From NCBI RefSeq assembly GCF_009914755.1, contig NC_060938.1: a stretch of 64,000 bases of DNA; one strand, 5' to 3'. This document shows positions 39,190-54,000 of the stretch, one piece after another (the stretch's first letter is position 1; every line of letters starts with the position of its first letter). The notes under the pieces are model-generated. The model saw only the letters and a list, made by a program, of their open reading frames with translations. It was not told where the DNA came from and did not search any database. This stretch comes from the human T2T-CHM13v2.0 reference genome, Homo sapiens. Made by a program: the position numbers and the translations under genes.

Positions 39190-42099
39190 CCTGAAATCTA
39201 TCCAAATATCCCCTTGCAGATTCTACAAAAAGAGTGTTTCAAAACTGCTCTGTAAAAAGAAAGGTTCAACTCTGTTAGTTGAGTACACACATCACAAACA
39301 AGTTTCACACAATGCTTCTTTCTATCTTGTAGGGGAAGATATTCCCTTTATCACCATGGGCCTCAAACCGTCCGAAAAGTCCACTTCCATATACTACAAA
39401 AAGAGCGTTTCAAACCTGCTCTATGAAAGGCAATGTTCAACTCTGTGACTTGAATGCAGACATCACAGAGCAGTTTCTGAGAATGCTTCTGTCTAGATTT
39501 TATAGGAAGATATTCCCGTTTCCAACGAAATCTTCACAGCTATCCAAATATCCACTTGCAGATTCTACAAAAAGAGTGTATCAAAACTGCTCTGTCAAAA
39601 GGAAGGTTCTTTTCTGTTAGGTGAGTGCATACGTCATAAAGGAGTTTCTGAGAATGTTTCTGTCTAGTGGTTATGGGAAGATATTTGCTTTTTCACCGTA
39701 GGCCTCAGAGCGCTCCAAATATCCACTTGCACATACTACAAAAAGAGTGCCTCAAAGCTGCTCTCTGAAACGGAATGTTCAACTCTATGAGTTGAATGCA
39801 AACATCGCAAAGACGTTTCTGAGAATGCTTCTGTCTAGATTTGATATGAAGATATTCCCGTTTCCAACGAAATCTTCAAATCTATCCAAATGTCCACTTG
39901 CAGATTCATCAAAAAGTGTTTTTCAGAACTGCTCTATCAAAAGAAAGATCCACCTCTGTTAGCTGAGTTCACACATCACAAACAAGTTTATGAGAATGCT
40001 TCTGTCTAGTTTTTATTTGAAGATATTTCCTTTCTCACCATAGAGCTGAAAGCTGTCCTAATGTTCACTTCCAGATACTACAGAAAGAGTGTTTCAAAAC
40101 TGCTGTACGAAAGGGAATGTTCAACTCTGTGACTTGAATGCACACATCACAAAGAAGTTTCTGAGGATGCTGCTGTCTACTTTTTATACGTAACCCCGTT
40201 TCCAACGAAATCCTCCAAGCTATCCAAATATCCACTTGCAGATTCCACAGAAAGACTGTTTCAAAACTGCTCTGTCAATAGAAAGGTTCAACTCTGTTAG
40301 CTGCATGCATATATCCCAAAGAAGATTCTGAGATTGCTTCTGTCTAGTTTTTATGGGAAGATATTTCCCTTTTCACCGTAGGCGTCAAGGCGCTCCAAAT
40401 GTCCACTTCCAGATACTACAAAAAGAGTGTTTCAAACCTACTCTGTGAAAGGGAATATTCAACTCTGTGACTTGAATGCACATATCACAAGGAAGTTTCT
40501 GAGAATGCTTCTGTCGAGATTTTATATGAAGATATTCCCGTTTCCAACGAAATCCTGAAATCTATCCAAATATCCCCTTGCAGATTCTACAAAAAGAGTG
40601 TTTCAAAACTGCTCTGTAAAAAGAAAGGTTCAACTCTGTTAGTTGAGTACACACATCACAAACAAGTTTCACACAATGCTTCTTTCTAGCTTGTAGGGGA
40701 AGATATTCCCTTTATCACCATGGGCCTCAAACCGTCCGATAAGTCCACTTCCATATACTACAAAAAGAGCGTTTCAAACCTGCTCTATGAAAGGCAATGT
40801 TCAACTCTGTGACTTGAATGCAGACATCGCAGAGCAGTTTCTGAGAATGCTTCTGTCTAGATTTTATAGGAAGATATTCCCGTTTCCAACGAAATCTTCA
40901 CAGCTATCCAAATATCCACTTGCAGATTCTACAAAAAGAGTGTATCAAAACTGCTCTGTCAAAAGGAAGTTTCTTTTCTGTTAGGTGAGTGCATACGTCA
41001 TAAAGGAGTTTCTGAGAATGTTTCTGTCTAGTGGTTATGGGAAGATATTTGCTTTTTCACCGTAGGCCTCAGAGCGCTCCAAATATCCACTTGCACATAC
41101 TACAAAAAGAGTGCCTCAAAGCTGCTCTCTGAAACGGAATGTTCAACTCTATGAGTTGAATGCAAACATCGCAAAGACGTTTCTGAGAATGCTTCTGTCT
41201 AGATTTGATATGAAGATATTCCCGTTTCCAACGAAATCTTCAAATCTATCCAAATGTCCACTTGCAGATTCAACAAAAAGTGTTTTTCAGAACTGCTCTA
41301 TCAAAAGAAAGATCCACCTCTGTTAGCTGAGTTCACACATCACAAACAAGTTTATGAGAATGCTTCTGTCTAGTTTTTATTTGAAGATATTTCCTTTCTC
41401 ACCATAGAGCTGAAAGCTGTCCTAATGTTCACTTCCAGATACTACAGAAAGAGTGTTTCAAAACTGCTGTACGAAAGGGAATGTTCAACTCTGTGACTTG
41501 AATGCACACATCACAAAGAAGTTTCTGAGGATGCTGCTGTCTACTTTTTATACGTAATCCCGTTTCCAACGAAATCCTCCAAGCTATCCAAATATCCACT
41601 TGCAGATTCCACAGAAAGACTGTTTCAAAACTGCTCTGTCAATAGAAAGGTTCAACTCTGTTAGCTGCATGCATATATCCCAAAGAAGATTCTGAGATTG
41701 CTTCTGTCTAGTTTTTATGGGAAGATATTTCCCTTTTCACCGTAGGCGTCAAGGCGCTCCAAATGTCCACTTCCAGATACTACAAAAAGAGTGTTTCAAA
41801 CCTACTCTGTGAAAGGGAATATTCAACTCTGTGACTTGAATGCACATATCACAAGGAAGTTTCTGAGAATGCTTCTGTCGAGATTTTATATGAAGATATT
41901 CCCGTTTCCAACGAAATCCTGAAATCTATCCAAATATCCCCTTGCAGATTCTACAAAAAGAGTGTTTCAAAACTGCTCTGTAAAAAGAAAGGTTCAACTC
42001 TGTTAGTTGAGTACACACATCACAAACAAGTTTCACACAATGCTTCTTTCTAGCTTGTAGGGGAAGATATTCCCTTTATCACCATGGGCCTCAAACCGT

Positions 42100-45000
42100 C
42101 CGATAAGTCCACTTCCATATACTACAAAAAGAGCGTTTCAAACCTGCTCTATGAAAGGCAATGTTCAACTCTGTGACTTGAATGCAGACATCGCAGAGCA
42201 GTTTCTGAGAATGCTTCTGTCTAGATTTTATAGGAAGATATTCCCGTTTCCAACGAAATCTTCACAGCTATCCAAATATCCACTTGCAGATTCTACAAAA
42301 AGAGTGTATCAAAACTGCTCTGTCAAAAGGAAGTTTCTTTTCTGTTAGGTGAGTGCATACGTCATAAAGGAGTTTCTGAGAATGTTTCTGTCTAGTGGTT
42401 ATGGGAAGATATTTGCTTTTTCACCGTAGGCCTCAGAGCGCTCCAAATATCCACTTGCACATACTACAAAAAGAGTGCCTCAAAGCTGCTCTCTGAAACG
42501 GAATGTTCAACTCTATGAGTTGAATGCAAACATCGCAAAGACGTTTCTGAGAATGCTTCTGTCTAGATTTGATATGAAGATATTCCCGTTTCCAACGAAA
42601 TCTTCAAATCTATCCAAATGTCCACTTGCAGATTCAACAAAAAGTGTTTTTCAGAACTGCTCTATCAAAAGAAAGATCCACCTCTGTTAGCTGAGTTCAC
42701 ACATCACAAACAAGTTTATGAGAATGCTTCTGTCTAGTTTTTATTTGAAGATATTTCCTTTCTCACCATAGAGCTGAAAGCTGTCCTAATGTTCACTTCC
42801 AGATACTACAGAAAGAGTGTTTCAAAACTGCTGTACGAAAGGGAATGTTCAACTCTGTGACTTGAATGCACACATCACAAAGAAGTTTCTGAGGATGCTG
42901 CTGTCTACTTTTTATACGTAATCCCGTTTCCAACGAAATCCTCCAAGCTATCCAAATATCCACTTGCAGATTCCACAGAAAGACTGTTTCAAAACTGCTC
43001 TGTCAATAGAAAGGTTCAACTCTGTTAGCTGCATGCATATATCCCAAAGAAGATTCTGAGATTGCTTCTGTCTAGTTTTTATGGGAAGATATTTCCCTTT
43101 TCACCGTAGGCGTCAAGGCGCTCCAAATGTCCACTTCCAGATACTACAAAAAGAGTGTTTCAAACCTACTCTGTGAAAGGGAATATTCAACTCTGTGACT
43201 TGAATGCACATATCACAAGGAAGTTTCTGAGAATGCTTCTGTCGAGATTTTATATGAAGATATTCCCGTTTCCAACGAAATCCTGAAATCTATCCAAATA
43301 TCCCCTTGCAGATTCTACAAAAAGAGTGTTTCAAAACTGCTCTGTAAAAAGAAAGGTTCAACTCTGTTAGTTGAGTACACACATCACAAACAAGTTTCAC
43401 ACAATGCTTCTTTCTAGCTTGTAGGGGAAGATATTCCCTTTATCACCATGGGCCTCAAACCGTCCGAAAAGTCCACTTCCATATACTACAAAAAGAGCGT
43501 TTGAAACCTGCTCTATGAAAGGCAATGTTCAACTCTGTGACTTGAATGCAGACATCACAGAGCAGTTTCTGAGAATGCTTCTGTCTAGATTTTATAGGAA
43601 GATATTCCCGTTTCCAACGAAATCTTCACAGCTATCCAAATATCCACTTGCAGATTCTACAAAAAGAGTGTATCAAAACTGCTCTGTCAAAAGGAAGGTT
43701 CTTTTCTGTTAGGTGAGTGCATACGTCATAAAGGAGTTTCTGAGAATGTTTCTGTCTAGTGGTTATGGGAAGATATTTGCTTTTTCACCGTAGGCCTCAG
43801 AGCGCTCCAAATATCCACTTGCACATACTACAAAAAGAGTGCCTCAAAGCTGCTCTCTGAAACGGAATGTTCAACTCTATGAGTTGAATGCAAACATCGC
43901 AAAGACGTTTCTGAGAATGCTTCTGTCTAGATTTGATATGAAGATATTCCCGTTTCCAACGAAATCTTCAAATCTATCCAAATGTCCACTTGCAGATTCA
44001 ACAAAAAGTGTTTTTCAGAACTGCTCTATCAAAAGAAAGATCCACCTCTGTTAGCTGAGTTCACACATCACAAACAAGTTTATGAGAATGCTTCTGTCTA
44101 GTTTTTATTTGAAGATATTTCCTTTCTCACCATAGAGCTGAAAGCTGTCCTAATGTTCACTTCCAGATACTACAGAAAGAGTGTTTCAAAACTGCTGTAC
44201 GAAAGGGAATGTTCAACTCTGTGACTTGAATGCACACATCACAAAGAAGTTTCTGAGGATGCTGCTGTCTACTTTTTATACGTAATCCCGTTTCCAACGA
44301 AATCCTCCAAGCTATCCAAATATCCACTTGCAGATTCCACAGAAAGACTGTTTCAAAACTGCTCTGTCAATAGAAAGGTTCAACTCTGTTAGCTGCGTGC
44401 ATATATCCCAAAGAAGATTCTGAGATTGCTTCTGTCTAGTTTTTATGGGAAGATATTTCCCTTTTCACCGTAGGCGTCAAGGCGCTCCAAATGTCCACTT
44501 CCAGATACTACAAAAAGAGTGTTTCAAACCTACTCTGTGAAAGGGAATATTCAACTCTGTGACTTGAATGCACATATCACAAGGAAGTTTCTGAGAATGC
44601 TTCTGTCGAGATTTTATATGAAGATATTCCCGTTTCCAACGAAATCCTGAAATCTATCCAAATATCCCCTTGCAGATTCTACAAAAAGAGTGTTTCAAAA
44701 CTGCTCTGTAAAAAGAAAGGTTCAACTCTGTTAGTTGAGTACACACATCACAAACAAGTTTCACACAATGCTTCTTTCTAGCTTGTAGGGGAAGATATTC
44801 CCTTTATCACCATGGGCCTCAAACCGTCCGAAAAGTCCACTTCCATATACTACAAAAAGAGCGTTTCAAACCTGCTCTATGAAAGGCAATGTTCAACTCT
44901 GTGACTTGAATGCAGACATCACAGAGCAGTTTCTGAGAATGCTTCTGTCTAGATTTTATAGGAAGATATTCCCGTTTCCAACGAAATCTTCACAGCTATC

Positions 45001-48000
45001 CAAATATCCACTTGCAGATTCTACAAAAAGAGTGTATCAAAACTGCTCTGTCAAAAGGAAGGTTCTTTTCTGTTAGGTGAGTGCATACGTCATAAAGGAG
45101 TTTCTGAGAATGTTTCTGTCTAGTGGTTATGGGAAGATATTTGCTTTTTCACCGTAGGCCTCAGAGCGCTCCAAATATCCACTTGCACATACTACAAAAA
45201 GAGTGCCTCAAAGCTGCTCTCTGAAACGGAATGTTCAACTCTATGAGTTGAATGCAAACATCGCAAAGACGTTTCTGAGAATGCTTCTGTCTAGATTTGA
45301 TATGAAGATATTCCCGTTTCCAACGAAATCTTCAAATCTATCCAAATGTCCACTTGCAGATTCAACAAAAAGTGTTTTTCAGAACTGCTCTATCAAAAGA
45401 AAGATCCACCTCTGTTAGCTGAGTTCACACATCACAAACAAGTTTATGAGAATGCTTCTGTCTAGTTTTTATTTGAAGATATTTCCTTTCTCACCATAGA
45501 GCTGAAAGCTGTCCTAATGTTCACTTCCAGATACTACAGAAAGAGTGTTTCAAAACTGCTGTACGAAAGGGAATGTTCAACTCTGTGACTTGAATGCACA
45601 CATCACAAAGAAGTTTCTGAGGATGCTGCTGTCTACTTTTTATACGTAATCCCGTTTCCAACGAAATCCTCCAAGCTATCCAAATATCCACTTGCAGATT
45701 CCACAGAAAGACTGTTTCAAAACTGCTCTGTCAATAGAAAGGTTCAACTCTGTTAGCTGCGTGCATATATCCCAAAGAAGATTCTGAGATTGCTTCTGTC
45801 TAGTTTTTATGGGAAGATATTTCCCTTTTCACCGTAGGCGTCAAGGCGCTCCAAATGTCCACTTCCAGATACTACAAAAAGAGTGTTTCAAACCTACTCT
45901 GTGAAAGGGAATATTCAACTCTGTGACTTGAATGCACATATCACAAGGAAGTTTCTGAGAATGCTTCTGTCGAGATTTTATATGAAGATATTCCCGTTTC
46001 CAACGAAATCCTGAAATCTATCCAAATATCCCCTCGCAGATTCTACAAAAAGAGTGTTTCAAAACTGCTCTGTGAAAAGAAAGGTTCAACTCTGTTAGTT
46101 GAGTACACACATCACAAACAAGTTTCACAGAATGCTTCTTTCTAGCTTGTAGGGGAAGATATTCCCTTTATCACCATGGGCCTCCAACCGTCCGAAACAT
46201 CCACTTCCATATACTACAAAAAGAGTGTTTCAAACCTGCTCTATGAAAGGCAATGTTCAACTCTGTGACTTGAATGCAGACATCACAGAGCAGTTTCTGA
46301 GAATGCTTCTGTCTAGATTTTATAGGAAGATATTCCCGTTTCCAACGAAATCTTCACAGCTATCCAAATATCCACTTGCAGATTCTACAAAAAGAGTGTA
46401 TCAAAACTGCTCTGTCAAAAGGAAGGTTCTTCTCTGTTAGGTGAGTGCATACGTCATAAAGGAGTTTCTGAGAATGTTTCTGTCTAGTGGTTATGGGAAG
46501 ATATTTGCTTTTTCACCGTAGGCCTCAGAGCGCTCCAAATATCCACTTGCACATACTACAAAAAGAGTGCTTCAAAGCTGCTCTCTGAAACGGAATGTTC
46601 AACTCTATGAGTTGAATGCAAACATCGCAAAGACGTTTCTGAGAATGCTTCTGTCTAGATTTGATATGAAGATATTCCCGTTTCCAACGAAATCTTCAAA
46701 TCTATCCAAATGTCCACTTGCAGATTCAACAAAAAGTGTTTTTCAGAACTGCTCTATCAAAAGAAAGATCCACCTCTGTTAGCTGAGTTCACACATCACA
46801 AACAAGTTTATGAGAATGCTTCTGTCTAGTTTTTATTTGAAGGTATTTCCTTTCTCACCATAGAGCTGAAAGCTGTCCTAATGTTCACTTCCAGATACTA
46901 CAGAAAGAGTGTTTCAAAACTGCTGTACGAAAGGGAATGTTCAACTCTGTGACTTGAATGCACACATCACAAAGAAGTTTCTGAGGATGCTGCTGTCTAC
47001 TTTTTATACGTAATCCCGTTTCCAACGAAATCCTCCAAGCTATCCAAATATCCACTTGCAGATTCCACAGAAAGACTGTTTCAAAACTGCTCTGTCAATA
47101 GAAAGTTTCAACTCTGTTAGCTGCATGCATATATCCCAAAGAAGATTCTGAGATTGCTTCTGTCTAGTTTTTATGGGAAGATATTTCCCTTTTCACCGTA
47201 GGCGTCAAGGCGCTCCAAATGTCCACTTCCAGATACTACAAAAAGAGTGTTTCAAACCTACTCTGTGAAAGGGAATATTCAACTCTGTGACTTGAATGCA
47301 CATATCACAAGGAAGTTTCTGAGAATGCTTCTGTCGAGATTTTATATGAAGATATTCCCGTTTCCAACGAAATCCTGAAATCTATCCAAATATCCCCTTG
47401 CAGATTCTACAAAAAGAGTGTTTCAAAACTGCTCTGTAAAAAGAAAGGTTCAACTCTGTTAGTTGAGTACACACATCACAAACAAGTTTCACACAATGCT
47501 TCTTTCTAGCTTGTAGGGGAAGATATTCCCTTTATCACCATGGGCCTCAAACCGTCCGATAAGTCCACTTCCATATACTACAAAAAGAGCGTTTCAAACC
47601 TGCTCTATGAAAGGCAATGTTCAACTCTGTGACTTGAATGCAGACATCGCAGAGCAGTGTCTGAGAATGCTTCTGTCTAGATTTTATAGGAAGATATTCC
47701 CGTTTCCAACGAAATCTTCACAGCTATCCAAATATCCACTTGCAGATTCTACAAAAAGAGTGTATCAAAACTGCTCTGTCAAAAGGAAGGTTCTTTTCTG
47801 TTAGGTGAGTGCATACGTCATAAAGGAGTTTCTGAGAATGTTTCTGTCTAGTGGTTATGGGAAGATATTTGCTTTTTCACCGTAGGCCTCAGAGCGCTCC
47901 AAATATCCACTTGCACATACTACAAAAAGAGTGCCTCAAAGCTGCTCTCTGAAACGGAATGTTCAACTCTATGAGTTGAATGCAAACATCGCAAAGACGT

Positions 48001-51000
48001 TTCTGAGAATGCTTCTGTCTAGATTTGATATGAAGATATTCCCGTTTCCAACGAAATCTTCAAATCTATCCAAATGTCCACTTGCAGATTCAACAAAAAG
48101 TGTTTTTCAGAACTGCTCTATCAAAAGAAAGATCCACCTCTGTTAGCTGAGTTCACACATCACAAACAAGTTTATGAGAATGCTTCTGTCTAGTTTTTAT
48201 TTGAAGATATTTCCTTTCTCACCATAGAGCTGAAAGCTGTCCTAATGTTCACTTCCAGATACTACAGAAAGAGTGTTTCAAAACTGCTGTACGAAAGGGA
48301 ATGTTCAACTCTGTGACTTGAATGCACACATCACAAAGAAGTTTCTGAGGATGCTGCTGTCTACTTTTTATACGTAATCCCGTTTCCAACGAAATCCTCC
48401 AAGCTATCCAAATATCCACTTGCAGATTCCACAGAAAGACTGTTTCAAAACTGCTCTGTCAATAGAAAGGTTCAACTCTGTTAGCTGCATGCATATATCC
48501 CAAAGAAGATTCTGAGATTGCTTCTGTCTAGTTTTTATGGGAAGATATTTCCCTTTTCACCGTAGGCGTCAAGGCGCTCCAAATGTCCACTTCCAGATAC
48601 TACAAAAAGAGTGTTTCAAACCTACTCTGTGAAAGGGAATATTCAACTCTGTGACTTGAATGCACATATCACAAGGAAGTTTCTGAGAATGCTTCTGTCG
48701 AGATTTTATATGAAGATATTCCCGTTTCCAACGAAATCCTGAAATCTATCCAAATATCCCCTTGCAGATTCTACAAAAAGAGTGTTTCAAAACTGCTCTG
48801 TAAAAAGAAAGGTTCAACTCTGTTAGTTGAGTACACACATCACAAACAAGTTTCACACAATGCTTCTTTCTAGCTTGTAGGGGAAGATATTCCCTTTATC
48901 ACCATGGGCCTCAAACCGTCCGAAAAGTCCACTTCCATATACTACAAAAAGAGCGTTTCAAACCTGCTCTATGAAAGGCAATGTTCAACTCTGTGACTTG
49001 AATGCAGACATCACAGAGCAGTTTCTGAGAATGCTTCTGTCTAGATTTTATAGGAAGATATTCCCGTTTCCAACGAAATCTTCACAGCTATCCAAATATC
49101 CACTTGCAGATTCTACAAAAAGAGTGTATCAAAACTGCTCTGTCAAAAGGAAGGTTCTTTTCTGTTAGGTGAGTGCATACGTCATAAAGGAGTTTCTGAG
49201 AATGTTTCTGTCTAGTGGTTATGGGAAGATATTTGCTTTTTCACCGTAGGCCTCAGAGCGCTCCAAATATCCACTTGCACATACTACAAAAAGAGTGCCT
49301 CAAAGCTGCTCTCTGAAACGGAATGTTCAACTCTATGAGTTGAATGCAAACATCGCAAAGACGTTTCTGAGAATGCTTCTGTCTAGATTTGATATGAAGA
49401 TATTCCCGTTTCCAACGAAATCTTCAAATCTATCCAAATGTCCACTTGCAGATTCAACAAAAAGTGTTTTTCAGAACTGCTCAATCAAAAGAAAGATCCA
49501 CCTCTGTTAGCTGAGTTCACACATCACAAACAAGTTTATGAGAATGCTTCTGTCTAGTTTTTATTTGAAGATATTTCCTTTCTCACCATAGAGCTGAAAG
49601 CTGTCCTAATGTTCACTTCCAGATACTACAGAAAGAGTGTTTCAAAACTGCTGTACGAAAGGGAATGTTCAACTCTGTGACTTGAATGCACACATCACAA
49701 AGAAGTTTCTGAGGATGCTGCTGTCTACTTTTTATACGTAATCCCGTTTCCAACGAAATCCTCCAAGCTATCCAAATATCCACTTGCAGATTCCACAGAA
49801 AGACTGTTTCAAAACTGCTCTGTCAATAGAAAGGTTCAACTCTGTTAGCTGCGTGCATATATCCCAAAGAAGATTCTGAGATTGCTTCTGTCTAGTTTTT
49901 ATGGGAAGATATTTCCCTTTTCACCGTAGGCGTCAAGGCGCTCCAAATGTCCACTTCCAGATACTACAAAAAGAGTGTTTCAAACCTACTCTGTGAAAGG
50001 GAATATTCAACTCTGTGACTTGAATGCACATATCACAAGGAAGTTTCTGAGAATGCTTCTGTCGAGATTTTATATGAAGATATTCCCGTTTCCAACGAAA
50101 TCCTGAAATCTATCCAAATATCCCCTTGCAGATTCTACAAAAAGAGTGTTTCAAAACTGCTCTGTGAAAAGAAAGGTTCAACTCTGTTAGTTGAGTACAC
50201 ACATCACAAACAAGTTTCACACAATGCTTCTTTCTAGCTTGTAGGGGAAGATATTCCCTTTATCACCATGGGCCTCAAACCGTCCGAAAAGTCCACTTCC
50301 ATATACTACAAAAAGAGCGTTTCAAACCTGCTCTATGAAAGGCAATGTTCAACTCTGTGACTTGAATGCAGACATCACAGAGCAGTTTCTGAGAATGCTT
50401 CTGTCTAGATTTTATAGGAAGATATTCCCGTTTCCAACGAAATCTTCACAGCTATCCAAATATCCACTTGCAGATTCTACAAAAAGAGTGTATCAAAACT
50501 GCTCTGTCAAAAGGAAGGTTCTTTTCTGTTAGGTGAGTGCATACGTCATAAAGGAGTTTCTGAGAATGTTTCTGTCTAGTGGTTATGGGAAGATATTTGC
50601 TTTTTCACCGTAGGCCTCAGAGCGCTCCAAATATCCACTTGCACATACTACAAAAAGAGTGCCTCAAAGCTGCTCTCTGAAACGGAATGTTCAACTCTAT
50701 GAGTTGAATGCAAACATCGCAAAGACGTTTCTGAGAATGCTTCTGTCTAGATTTGATATGAAGATATTCCCGTTTCCAACGAAATCTTCAAATCTATCCA
50801 AATGTCCACTTGCAGATTCAACAAAAAGTGTTTTTCAGAACTGCTCTATCAAAAGAAAGATCCACCTCTGTTAGCTGAGTTCACACATCACAAACAAGTT
50901 TATGAGAATGCTTCTGTCTAGTTTTTATTTGAAGATATTTCCTTTCTCACCATAGAGCTGAAAGCTGTCCTAATGTTCACTTCCAGATACTACAGAAAGA

Positions 51001-54000
51001 GTGTTTCAAAACTGCTGTACGAAAGGGAATGTTCAACTCTGTGACTTGAATGCACACATCACAAAGAAGTTTCTGAGGATGCTGCTGTCTACTTTTTATA
51101 CGTAATCCCGTTTCCAACGAAATCCTCCAAGCTATCCAAATATCCACTTGCAGATTCCACAGAAAGACTGTTTCAAAACTGCTCTGTCAATAGAAAGGTT
51201 CAACTCTGTTAGCTGCGTGCATATATCCCAAAGAAGATTCTGAGATTGCTTCTGTCTAGTTTTTATGGGAAGATATTTCCCTTTTCACCGTAGGTGTCAA
51301 GGCGCTCCAAATGTCCACTTCCAGATACTACAAAAAGAGTGTTTCAAACCTACTCTGTGAAAGGGAATATTCAACTCTGTGACTTGAATGCACATATCAC
51401 AAAGAAGTTTCTGAGAATGCTTCTGTCGAGATTTTATATGAAGATATTCCCGTTTCCAACGAAATGCTGAAATCTATCCAAATATCCCCTCGCAGATTCT
51501 ACAAAAAGAGTGTTTCAAAACTGCTCTGTGAAAAGAAAGGTTCAACTCTGTTAGTTGAGTACACACATCACAAACAAGTTTCACAGAATGCTTCTTTCTA
51601 GCTTGTAGGGGAAGATATTCCCTTTATCACCATGGGCCTCCAACCGTCCGAAACATCCACTTCCATATACTACAAAAAGAGCGTTTCAAACCTGCTCTAT
51701 GAAAGGCAATGTTCAACTCTGTGACTTGAATGCAGACATCACAGAGCAGTTTCTGAGAATGCTTCTGTCTAGATTTTATAGGAAGATATTCCCGTTTCCA
51801 ACGAAATCTTCACAGCTATCCAAATATCCACTTGCAGATTCTACAAAAAGAGTGTATCAAAACTGCTCTGTCAAAAGGAAGGTTCTTCTCTGTTAGGTGA
51901 GTGCATACGTCATAAAGGAGTTTCTGAGAATGTTTCTGTCTAGTGGTTATGGGAAGATATTTGCTTTTTCACCGTAGGCCTCAGAGCGCTCCAAATATCC
52001 ACTTGCACATACTACAAAAAGAGTGCTTCAAAGCTGCTCTCTGAAACGGAATGTTCAACTCTATGAGTTGAATGCAAACATCGCAAAGACGTTTCTGAGA
52101 ATGCTTCTGTCTAGATTTGATATGAAGATATTCCCGTTTCCAACGAAATCTTCAAATCTATCCAAATGTCCACTTGCAGATTCAACAAAAAGTGTTTTTC
52201 AGAACTGCTCTATCAAAAGAAAGATCCACCTCTGTTAGCTGAGTTCACACATCACAAACAAGTTTATGAGAATGCTTCTGTCTAGTTTTTATTTGAAGAT
52301 ATTTCCTTTCTCACCATAGAGCTGAAAGCTGTCCTAATGTTCACTTCCAGATACTACAGAAAGAGTGTTTCAAAACTGCTGTACGAAAGGGAATGTTCAA
52401 CTCTGTGACTTGAATGCACACATCACAAAGAAGTTTCTGAGGATGCTGCTGTCTACTTTTTATACGTAATCCCGTTTCCAACGAAATCCTCCAAGCTATC
52501 CAAATATCCACTTGCAGATTCCACAGAAAGACTGTTTCAAAACTGCTCTGTCAATAGAAAGGTTCAACTCTGTTAGCTGCATGCATATATCCCAAAGAAG
52601 ATTCTGAGATTGCTTCTGTCTAGTTTTTATGGGAAGATATTTCCCTTTTCACCGTAGGCGTCAAGGCGCTCCAAATGTCCACTTCCAGATACTACAAAAA
52701 GAGTGTTTCAAACCTACTCTGTGAAAGGGAATATTCAACTCTGTGACTTGAATGCACATATCACAAGGAAGTTTCTGAGAATGCTTCTGTCGAGATTTTA
52801 TATGAAGATATTCCCGTTTCCAACGAAATGCTGAAATCTATCCAAATATCCCCTCGCAGATTCTACAAAAAGAGTGTTTCAAAACTGCTCTGTAAAAAGA
52901 AAGGTTCAACTCTGTTAGTTGAGTACACACATCACAAACAAGTTTCACACAATGCTTCTTTCTAGCTTGTAGGGGAAGATATTCCCTTTATCACCATGGG
53001 CCTCAAACCGTCCGATAAGTCCACTTCCATATACTACAAAAAGAGCGTTTCAAACCTGCTCTATGAAAGGCAATGTTCAACTCTGTGACTTGAATGCAGA
53101 CATCGCAGAGCAGTTTCTGAGAATGCTTCTGTCTAGATTTTATAGGAAGATATTCCCGTTTCCAACGAAATCTTCACAGCTATCCAAATATCCACTTGCA
53201 GATTCTACAAAAAGAGTGTATCAAAACTGCTCTGTCAAAAGGAAGGTTCTTTTCTGTTAGGTGAGTGCATACGTCATAAAGGAGTTTCTGAGAATGTTTC
53301 TGTCTAGTGGTTATGGGAAGATATTTGCTTTTTCACCGTAGGCCTCAGAGCGCTCCAAATATCCACTTGCACATACTACAAAAAGAGTGCCTCAAAGCTG
53401 CTCTCTGAAACGGAATGTTCAACTCTATGAGTTGAATGCAAACATCGCAAAGACGTTTCTGAGAATGCTTCTGTCTAGATTTGATATGAAGATATTCCCG
53501 TTTCCAACGAAATCTTCAAATCTATCCAAATGTCCACTTGCAGATTCAACAAAAAGTGTTTTTCAGAACTGCTCTATCAAAAGAAAGATCCACCTCTGTT
53601 AGCTGAGTTCACACATCACAAACAAGTTTATGAGAATGCTTCTGTCTAGTTTTTATTTGAAGATATTTCCTTTCTCACCATAGAGCTGAAAGCTGTCCTA
53701 ATGTTCACTTCCAGATACTACAGAAAGAGTGTTTCAAAACTGCTGTACGAAAGGGAATGTTCAACTCTGTGACTTGAATGCACACATCACAAAGAAGTTT
53801 CTGAGGATGCTGCTGTCTACTTTTTATACGTAATCCCGTTTCCAACGAAATCCTCCAAGCTATCCAAATATCCACTTGCAGATTCCACAGAAAGACTGTT
53901 TCAAAACTGCTCTGTCAATAGAAAGGTTCAAATCTGTTAGCTGCATGCATATATCCCAAAGAAGATTCTGAGATTGCTTCTGTCTAGTTTTTATGGGAAG

